Assembly (NCBI GenBank): GCA_964473825.1
Contig: CAYYQL010000036.1
Location: 1-26,020 of the forward strand
Reading direction: 5' to 3'
Origin: an uncultured archaeon
GTDB lineage: Archaea > Asgardarchaeota > Thorarchaeia > Thorarchaeales > Thorarchaeaceae
Length of the DNA: 26,020 nt
The position numbers were made by a program, and so were the translations under genes. The notes under the pieces were generated by a model, which saw nothing but the letters and a program-made list of their open reading frames with translations, ran no database searches and was not told where the DNA came from. Below are positions 18,399-25,678 of this stretch, piece after piece (positions within the stretch are counted from its first letter, which is position 1; each line of letters starts with the position of its first letter).

Positions 18399-18614
18399 GA
18401 TTTGACTGAGAGCCGCAAAGAGCCCAGACATATGTGTGTAGGCGCTCGTTCATGATTGCACTCTCTCGAGGTCATCTTCACACGATACAAAACGTTGCGA
18501 TTTTTTTTTCCAGTTCCGTTGCTGAGCAGACCATCCAGATTTCAATCAACGATATCAGAAGATAAACTCCCGACCGAGTTATCTCCCAGACCACCGTCAA
18601 ATCTGTCCGAGCAC

Positions 18615-18631
18615 AGTCACAAATTGTGACT
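18615..18631. promoter_or_regulatory. Perfect 8-1-8 palindrome upstream of the micropeptide promoter
   Basis: AGTCACAA-A-TTGTGACT, about 30 nt upstream of TTATATA (18663-18669). Confidence 0.5.
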
Positions 18632-18701
18632 TCATTGCGTGACCCTTCATTGTGGCTTCGCATTATATACTGATTCTGAGTGTTATTCCTTGTGAAATAC
18701 A

Positions 18702-18809
18702 ATGGCTCTAGCTACCAATGACCAAGTTTCATTCGAGAAGAAGAACAGTTTCCAGGGCAACACCCACGCGGTCGACGCCCTCTACTACGCATACATCTAT
18801 CGGAGGTGA
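18702..18809 (+). CDS. Micropeptide 1 (35 aa)
   Basis: MALATNDQVSFEKKNSFQGNTHAVDALYYAYIYRR*; ATG 32 nt after a TATA box (short or no leader). Confidence 0.6.
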   Translation: MALATNDQVSFEKKNSFQGNTHAVDALYYAYIYRR

Positions 18810-18816
18810 TAGGACA

Positions 18817-18909
18817 ATGGCAATTACTCTAGACAACAAGCATCCCAAGGACAACATCTCGAAGGAGATTACTACCAAGGCTATTGCTGAGGCATTCTTC
18901 CGGAGGTAG
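18817..18909 (+). CDS. Micropeptide 2 (30 aa)
   Basis: MAITLDNKHPKDNISKEITTKAIAEAFFRR*; full SD GGAGGTGAT (18802-18810) 6 nt before the ATG. Confidence 0.68.
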   Translation: MAITLDNKHPKDNISKEITTKAIAEAFFRR

Positions 18910-18916
18910 GATCACC

Positions 18917-19027
18917 ATGCGTGATGCTCCCGACAGGAACACCTTTGATAACGAGGCCCCCAGCTCAGACCGCAGCAAGAGTAGTTCACTCTCGCTTGCC
19001 GAAGTGCTCGCGTTGGAAGCGACGTGA
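18917..19027 (+). CDS. Micropeptide 3 (36 aa)
   Basis: MRDAPDRNTFDNEAPSSDRSKSSSLSLAEVLALEAT*; SD GGAGGT (18902-18907) upstream. Confidence 0.58.
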   Translation: MRDAPDRNTFDNEAPSSDRSKSSSLSLAEVLALEAT

Positions 19028-19030
19028 GCA

Positions 19031-19044
19031 TTCTCCTTTTTCTT
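19031..19044 (+). terminator. Archaeal pyrimidine/oligo-T terminator
   Basis: TTCTCCTTTTTCTT immediately after the micropeptide 3 stop. Confidence 0.55.
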
Positions 19045-19308
19045 ATAATCACTACTCAGACTTGAACCAAATTGTTAAGCAGTCTTTAGCAACTGTGGAC
19101 CCACCGCGGATGGATATTTTCATATAACGGGACATCTATATCTCCAAAGGCTGCGATCTCGATGACTCGGCTTGGTGACTCTTGGCCGTTGCTGTCACAT
19201 AAGAAGTCGGGGAGCCGTCACCTATTAGGCGATCGCCTTTGAAGCAGTTGCAATCTCCTGTCCCTGTAGAGCTCCAAGTACGGAAACCTGTTAAGATGAG
19301 AGTTCGAC

Positions 19309-20514
19309 ATGAACGCAATGAAGAGAGCATATAGTAGAGAAGAAGTACGGAGGGTTCTGAGCGAGTCACACGGATTCTCTCCACTTGAGGAGGGGCATCA
19401 GGGCGTCCTGAATTGTTTCGAGAAACACCCCTGCGTACAGGTGGACTCGATTGATGTAGCTGGACGGAATCAGGACCTCACCCTATTCAGTCGAGTCAAG
19501 GACTACCGGCAAGAGTACCTCCAGAACCTTCTCTATGAGAAACGCGCTCTGTTCGAGTATTTCTGCAAGATGATGTCTATCATTTCAGTAGAGAAATACC
19601 CAATCTTTGGTTTCAGAATGAGTAAGCGAAAGCGGGAATACCGCCCATTCTTCGAGAAACACAAGGCGGAGATTGAGTTCATACTGGATGCCGTTAAGCG
19701 GGGGCCGATCTGCTCAAGAGATCTCAAACACATGGGTACAACCGAGTGGGGCTGGGGCCAGCGAGCACGGGTCGGAAACACCTTACTCACCAGACTCTGG
19801 GTCGCGGGCCTGCTAATGGTCCATCACAGATCTGGAAACACGAGGTACTACGGTCTTCCCGAGGTCATCATTCCCGAAGAATATCTGGAAGAGGATATTC
19901 CCGAGGAGAAGGCAGTCAAGGAGCTGGCTGCCATGATTGTCAAATCCTCTCGGATCGTATCCCCCTCAAAGGCCCCTGAACAGTGGCATGAGGTAGGTAA
20001 GGTGAAGGACGTGCGAGAAACTCTGGGGGCACTAGTAAGTGAAGGACGCCTCTTCACAGTGAATGTTGAGGACTGGAGAGGGGAACTCTATTGTCCAACG
20101 GAGGATGAACCTCTGTGGGAGGAGGTAACCGATCAACAAGATTCATTCGTGCGCTTTCTGGCCCCGTTAGACCCACTCTTGTGGAACCGTGCCCTGTTCC
20201 AACATATCTATGGTCATGAATACGTATGGGAAGTGTACAAGAAGAAAGAGGACCGAATCTATGGGTACTATTGCTTGCCAATCCTGTTCGATGGTGACTA
20301 CGTTGGCTTGATCGAACCTCGATTCCATTCGAAGAAAGGGGTCTTGGAGATTCGTAGCCTTCATCTATTCAGCAACTTGGACAATAGGAGGACATTCCAT
20401 GAGATGTTCAACGAGGAGATCACTCGATTCGTGAACTATCTTGGTGCGGAACGAGTTGAAAACTGGACGAAGCACAAGTGGCTTGATGGCCTGCTACAAT
20501 CCGCTCTGTCATGA
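19309..20514 (+). CDS. ycaQ: YcaQ/AlkZ-like (HTH_42) crosslink-repair DNA glycosylase
   Basis: VQVDSI (QxD), LFEY, LAPLDPLLWNR, YVWEVY...RIYGYYCLPIL. Confidence 0.88.
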   Translation: MNAMKRAYSREEVRRVLSESHGFSPLEEGHQGVLNCFEKHPCVQVDSIDVAGRNQDLTLFSRVKDYRQEYLQNLLYEKRALFEYFCKMMSIISVEKYPIFGFRMSKRKREYRPFFEKHKAEIEFILDAVKRGPICSRDLKHMGTTEWGWGQRARVGNTLLTRLWVAGLLMVHHRSGNTRYYGLPEVIIPEEYLEEDIPEEKAVKELAAMIVKSSRIVSPSKAPEQWHEVGKVKDVRETLGALVSEGRLFTVNVEDWRGELYCPTEDEPLWEEVTDQQDSFVRFLAPLDPLLWNRALFQHIYGHEYVWEVYKKKEDRIYGYYCLPILFDGDYVGLIEPRFHSKKGVLEIRSLHLFSNLDNRRTFHEMFNEEITRFVNYLGAERVENWTKHKWLDGLLQSALS

Positions 20515-20622
20515 AGGAACATACACTACTCTGATACCGGTCTATTGCGCATCGCTCATCACTGTCCTCTGGAGGCCACCTGTTCTGGACCTGATTGCCT
20601 GGAAGCTCCAGAGATGCGATTC

Positions 20623-21108
20623 CTACCATCTGTTCGTCCTGTGAAGATAGACGCGTCCAAAGAGAGCGAGAAGGCCAGTTATTGGAGTTGGCACCAGCCC
20701 TGTCAACATCCATATGCTAGGCGGGGAGGACAACGTGGCCAGCACCGGCATGCTAATCTGGACCAGCAATGCCGCAAGGGCTGAGAACCATCTCATTGAG
20801 TCTCGGTGGGCATCGTTTCCTTCTCTCCAAATGATCACTGCGAGGAAAAATCCAACTGCAAGAAGCACTGAAGCGACCAAGGGCTCCAGTCCAATCAAGG
20901 GAAACTCTGCGGTTCCAAGAGGTATGATGTATGCAAACACACCGGACCCACCATAGCCGAGGTATAATCTCCAGAGTGGAAAGTACCAGATGAAACCATG
21001 GGCAAAAATCGCAGTCGTGTATTGTTGAACGGCATACGGTGTGAAGAGTGTGCTGATGGCTACTAAGACAGGCAGGATATTCTCTGCCTTTCTGAAATCT
21101 CGATGCAA
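20623..21108 (-). CDS. Hypothetical multi-TM membrane protein
   Basis: 161 aa with 4-5 hydrophobic segments; start uncertain (TTG). Confidence 0.6.
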   Translation of the reverse strand: MHRDFRKAENILPVLVAISTLFTPYAVQQYTTAIFAHGFIWYFPLWRLYLGYGGSGVFAYIIPLGTAEFPLIGLEPLVASVLLAVGFFLAVIIWREGNDAHRDSMRWFSALAALLVQISMPVLATLSSPPSIWMLTGLVPTPITGLLALFGRVYLHRTNRW

Positions 21109-21243
21109 CTCGATTCAACACCACAAGACTGCATCTATCGCGAAAGCTCATATGATTTTCGAGACTGACGTCTGGTGCTGGTGATCACGGTGAAATCGAG
21201 CAGCCATAAGAGAAAAAATCGGTTCCCTCTCGTATCGAATTTC

Positions 21244-21378
21244 ATATCTCTCAGCTTGGACACGCTTGATCTAGTCGATAATCGTCGGAATCACATCGAA
21301 CAAGTCGCCGACGATGCCGAAGTCTGCAATGTCAAATATCGGCGCTTCTGGGTCTTTGTTCACTGCAATTATGATATC
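21244..21378 (-). pseudogene. etfA: 3' relic of electron transfer flavoprotein alpha subunit (etfA/fixB)
   Basis: Minus strand from 21378: [42 protein letters not shown], the EtfA C-terminal signature; no start or N-terminal part; TAG at 21273-21271. Confidence 0.85.
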
Positions 21379-22558
21379 ACCCACTCTCGGACTCCTCTTC
21401 CGTCCAGAACAGCGTTATCCCCCAGTAATTGCCATAGGTCATACCATCAAAAATCGCCCGAACTGCGATGCATGTGGTTCCATCCGCTCCCCGATGTATC
21501 AAGACAGGATCAAAGGGCTCGTCAGTCTTCGGGAGAAGCTCAGTCTTTGAGACCGTACCTGACAGCTCGTTCTCGATCAGAATTGTGTGACCATCAAAAG
21601 ATGTCAGAATGACATCAGCATCTGAGTCCTCATCGAAGTTGCCAGCTGTTGCGCCGCTCCATCCAGATGAGTACGACCAGGTGTAAGGAGTCAAGTCCGA
21701 TTGAAACGGTACTTGGATGAAAGCGAGTTGACCTGTCATATCCTCTGTGTTCGTGGCCATCACGATTTCGTCAGAGCCATCCCCGTCAACATCAAGAGCC
21801 TGCAGGTAGACATCACGTTCTAAGTATATTGACGGGGGCAACTCGAGAGTTGCGGTGGCAGTAGAGGAAGAGAAGGGATACAGAATCGTCAGATTGTGCT
21901 CGGGCTGAGCAAAGACAATCTCGTCATTACCGTCACCATCGAAATCATGGGAGAGCACGGCTGAGAAATGATCTGACAGAGTCAAGTTACGTTCTTCAAT
22001 CAGATTCCAGCTATCTGTGACCAAGAAAAGGAGAAGTCGCTTAGGTGGCCCGCTGGTGATCATACCGATCAGAGTACCATTCTGAGTACTGACGGGGAAG
22101 AGTCGTTGTATGAAATCCCCGTTCGTGAGCCTGCTTACCACCTCGGCCTGAAAGGTGTCGGTACCGTTCCCGATCATGATTATGAGTGACCCGGAGTTGT
22201 TCACTGTACAGATATCCGTGGCTGCATCGCCATCGAGGTCACCAACCAAGAGCTCTCCATACCCGTCAACCTCTGCCAGAACTGACGCGTTCTGAAACGA
22301 CCCGTCAGGGTTCTGAAGGACTATCTCCACCGTGTAGAGGCTGGCCAAGATGAAGTCCTCGAGAGAGTCGTTGTTCACATCCGCAACCTTGACTGTGACA
22401 TAGGGGATGCCAGAGATGCCGAATCTAAGTCGGATGCTCTACGAACTAAACCGCTCGCTGTCCGTCGGTGGAAAGACTTGAAAGACTACGACGACAGAAA
22501 CGCCTACAACCAAGACTGTGATGACCGAAGCAAGAATGATCCTCTGCCTTCTATCCAT
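21377..22558 (-). pseudogene. Membrane-anchored FG-GAP/VCBS-repeat protein, copy 2, interrupted by an in-frame TAG at codon 40
   Basis: MDRRQRIILASVITVLVVGVSVVVVFQVFPPTDSERFSS*SIRLRF... continues in frame into the 22378 ORF; DLDGD, DFDGDGNDEI, DVDGDGSDEI repeats; colinear with 22636-23937. Confidence 0.8.
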
Positions 22559-22580
22559 ATTTCCAACTCCTTACTATTGG

Positions 22581-22601
22581 TGTAGAATGATGTTCACATA
22601 G
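22581..22601. repeat. 21-bp direct repeat, copy A (3' tip of the protease gene)
   Basis: TGTAGAATGATGTTCACATAG, identical to 23959-23979. Confidence 0.9.
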
Positions 22602-22635
22602 CGTCATCAGTCTTCGGCCCATGGCCCCAAACTCC

Positions 22636-23937
22636 TCATTGCCCATCTTCTGCATAGAACAGGACTATCTCCCAGAAGTGAAGAGGGATTTCTTCCCATT
22701 TCGCCAGAACACCGATACTTGGAACACTGTCTTCACCAAGATGAAGCAGAAAAGGTCCGAGAGGGTCCGTGGTCTTAGGAAGGAGTTCGGTCTGTGACAC
22801 CGTGCCTGTGAACTCGTTCTCGATGAGGATTGTGTAGTCATCATAGGATGTGAGGACGATGTCCATGTCCGAGTCCACATCGAAATCACAGGCTGTTGCA
22901 CCGCTCCATCCTGACGCATAGGTCCAGATGCTGTAAGATGGGTCTGACTCTGTCGTAATCTTGAGGATCAGGAGTTGACCTGTCATCTCCCAGGTATTGG
23001 CTGCCACCACTAGCTCCTTTGACCCATCACCCGTCATGTCAACCATCATCATCCACGCATCGCGCTCTGTATAGGTTGGGATAGGTAGCTCCACGTATCT
23101 TGTCGGGGTTGTGGAGAAGGGATGAATGATGGTCAGGTTTCCACTTGTCTGGAGTACAGCAACATCGTCGTTGCCATCCTCATCGAAGTCGTGCCGCAAG
23201 ACAGCAATGGGATAGCCCGAGATGCTCACCGAGATCTCCTCAACGAGATGAAGACTGCCGTTCAGAGAGAAGAAGAAGACATTCCTGTCTTCCTCACTGG
23301 TTAGGATACCTAGCCCGGGGCCGTCCTCTGTTGAGAGTGTGAACAGTCTCCAGATGATACCCTCCACGAGAATTGGGGTTTCGGTTCGCTCGATGTGTCG
23401 GCTGCTGTTGACTGACATGAAGACAACCTTCCTAGGAGATCCAGCTGTCACAGCACCAATCACTGGTCCTGCGTCTGTTGAGAGGGAGAACCATCTATCG
23501 ATAGTGCTATCAGTCGTGACCTCGATATCCCTCTGGTCGGGGAACGCGCCAGTGCCATTTCCAAAGGCAATCAGCAGGGATTGCGCGGACCTGCGAGCGC
23601 AGATATCGAGGTGACCATCTCCGTCCAGATCATACACGGCCAGCCCTCCTCCATCGGACTCGAGGATCACTGAAGTGTTGGGAAATGAGCCATCAGTGTT
23701 CTGGATAGCCAGTTCTACGGTGCTTATGGTTCCGACAATGAGATCGTCGTTGGAGTCGGAGTTCACATCAGCGAGTTTCACCGACACCGAGGGCGTTGAT
23801 GTGTTCACTCTGATAGTCTGGGAGGTGAAGCGCTCGCTGACCTTCGGGGGAAGGAGCTGGAGAGCTACGATAAGCAAGGCACCTATTGCCACCACCATAA
23901 CGATTGCAGTCAGTATCATCTTCCGTCTACTATCCAT
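22636..23937 (-). CDS. Membrane-anchored FG-GAP/VCBS-repeat (beta-propeller) protein, copy 1
   Basis: N-terminal TM/signal anchor; DVNSDSNDDL, DLDGDGHLDI, DFDEDGNDDV, DMTGDGSKEL, DFDVDSDMDI Ca-binding loops; SD AAGGAG. Confidence 0.85.
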   Translation of the reverse strand: MDSRRKMILTAIVMVVAIGALLIVALQLLPPKVSERFTSQTIRVNTSTPSVSVKLADVNSDSNDDLIVGTISTVELAIQNTDGSFPNTSVILESDGGGLAVYDLDGDGHLDICARRSAQSLLIAFGNGTGAFPDQRDIEVTTDSTIDRWFSLSTDAGPVIGAVTAGSPRKVVFMSVNSSRHIERTETPILVEGIIWRLFTLSTEDGPGLGILTSEEDRNVFFFSLNGSLHLVEEISVSISGYPIAVLRHDFDEDGNDDVAVLQTSGNLTIIHPFSTTPTRYVELPIPTYTERDAWMMMVDMTGDGSKELVVAANTWEMTGQLLILKITTESDPSYSIWTYASGWSGATACDFDVDSDMDIVLTSYDDYTILIENEFTGTVSQTELLPKTTDPLGPFLLHLGEDSVPSIGVLAKWEEIPLHFWEIVLFYAEDGQ

Positions 23938-23954
23938 GTTGCCGACTCCTTATG

Positions 23955-25604
23955 TTAATGTAGAATGATGTTCACATAGTCTGCAGCCACACTGCCGGTC
24001 ACTGTGGTATGAGGAGGATAGGGTTCATAGACCTGAGGGTTGAACTCCGCAATGGTTCCCCAGCAAGACAAAGCCCACCACCAAGACTGAGCAGTATCTC
24101 CATCAGGATCATGATTGAGCCTTGTACAGAATTCAGTCTTCTCCCAATTCGAGGCAGCATCCATTATCGATGCGTCTTCGTATGGTGGCCTGCACACAGC
24201 TTCCTGTGGCGGGTCAATATCGGGTCCGGTAACATACTCATCAGCAAGGTGAAAGAAAGCATGAGCAAGCTCATGGGTAATCGCAAGGTAACTCAACCAG
24301 CCGGTCCACGTCCCACTATCATGTGGCCAGTATCTTGGCAGGTGTATCTTTCCAAGTCCACGTAGGCTCCCCTGTATGGGATTGCCCTGAGGGTCCTTCG
24401 AGAACTGCATCACCGCATAGGGTGTGAAGTTGTTCAGCCAGTGGACATTCACATTAGTATCTGGGTCATTCCACATCTGGCCGCCAGTGTAGATGTCAAT
24501 CCTTGTTATGATGAGTTGCTCTTCAAATGCATCCCATGCATGTGCAACGAATTCGTGCAACCCGGCGATGAAATCATTCAGATACTCGTCTGAAGGATTC
24601 CACTCGACTGATACAATCAGCTGGAGATCAAGTGGGACATACTTGCTCTCGCTCCTTTCCAAGCCAAGGTAGACAAGCTGCCACTGGCGATAATGACCTG
24701 CCTTGATCTCCAATTCAACTTCATATATGTCTGCATCTGGCATATATGATGACACGTCAACCGTCGTTTCGTATGATTGATAGATTATCACCTCATGCAC
24801 TAGCTGGCCATTTACTCTAAGACGTAGATACCGATGGTACGGATCATCCGATTCCACTGCTACACGGATTCTCTCATCAAATGCACCGCTGCCATCATTC
24901 ACGAAGACCTTCCGCTGTATCTGGGAAACATAGATCTGTGGCATTGCCTCGTTTCCGCCCAGGTCAGCCGAGGTATGCACTTGCGAGTGCATCCCGTTCT
25001 CAATGTATGCATATTCAAGGGCCCAACCCTTAGAGTAAGCCCCATGCCGTACTTCGAATATGATCTCATGAGGACCATCGGAGAGATACTGTGCAACTGT
25101 GCCAGAATGTCTGGTTGTGGAATCCACCTCTTCATACACCTTCTGGCCGTCCAGATAGATTCTGAAGTAACGTGCGTAGGTTTCATAGGGGTTGTAGAAA
25201 GAGAACTCCAGATTGACCCAAGTTTGCGATGCGGTTGGATGGTCAATCCAGACATGCTTGGTGATCCTCGCAATCGAGATATCGGGCAAGTACTCACCTG
25301 GGCTTAGGTCCTCGCGGTGGTAGAAGGATTTGAGAGTCTCATTGTTGCCAGCAATCTCACGGTCGCTCTCTGATGTAGGGTTGGGATGCAGGAGTTCTAG
25401 AGTCTGATTGTAGTCGATGTTGCCATACGGAGGCTCAGACTTTACTTCTCTATCGAAACTGATGCCCGTTGTAGATGCCACTGTGCTGTTGCCTGGTCGA
25501 GTTCCCGGAGAGAGGGTGTCATATTGAAACGTACTGGCGGAAACGCTTGGTATCCCGGCTCTTAGAAACGAGAGTACCAGAAATGTACATAGAATGGTTC
25601 TCAT
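23955..25604 (-). CDS. Secreted zinc metalloprotease: two tandem beta-rich repeats plus a C-terminal CLCA-like catalytic domain
   Basis: Signal peptide from ATG 25604 (MRTILCTFLVLSFLRAGIPSVSA); HELAHAFFHLADEY; ASIM...EFCTRLNH...Q...SCWGTI. Confidence 0.8.
   Translation of the reverse strand: MRTILCTFLVLSFLRAGIPSVSASTFQYDTLSPGTRPGNSTVASTTGISFDREVKSEPPYGNIDYNQTLELLHPNPTSESDREIAGNNETLKSFYHREDLSPGEYLPDISIARITKHVWIDHPTASQTWVNLEFSFYNPYETYARYFRIYLDGQKVYEEVDSTTRHSGTVAQYLSDGPHEIIFEVRHGAYSKGWALEYAYIENGMHSQVHTSADLGGNEAMPQIYVSQIQRKVFVNDGSGAFDERIRVAVESDDPYHRYLRLRVNGQLVHEVIIYQSYETTVDVSSYMPDADIYEVELEIKAGHYRQWQLVYLGLERSESKYVPLDLQLIVSVEWNPSDEYLNDFIAGLHEFVAHAWDAFEEQLIITRIDIYTGGQMWNDPDTNVNVHWLNNFTPYAVMQFSKDPQGNPIQGSLRGLGKIHLPRYWPHDSGTWTGWLSYLAITHELAHAFFHLADEYVTGPDIDPPQEAVCRPPYEDASIMDAASNWEKTEFCTRLNHDPDGDTAQSWWWALSCWGTIAEFNPQVYEPYPPHTTVTGSVAADYVNIILH
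23959..23979. repeat. 21-bp direct repeat, copy B
   Basis: Same 21-mer; encodes part of the protease C-terminus YVNIILH. Confidence 0.9.
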
Positions 25605-25678
25605 GACTCTATTGCGAAACAAACCTATACCCCCCGTAGTTATCCTACGGGATGTATAAAAGAATTCTGTCCAGTTGT

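Noticed and set aside
18718-19127. ORF-track calls 18718-18909 (63 aa) and 18921-19127 (68 aa)
   Set aside because: The SD positions support starts at 18817 and 18917; the 68-aa frame runs through the T-rich terminator.
19162-19214. SECIS element / selenocysteine readthrough of nearby TGA stops
   Set aside because: No apical AA motif; readthrough of micropeptide 1 hits TAG immediately and of micropeptide 3 adds only 6 further residues; no selenoprotein-like frame seen.
21175-21612. 145-aa plus-strand ORF
   Set aside because: Antisense shadow of the etfA relic and the FG-GAP gene.
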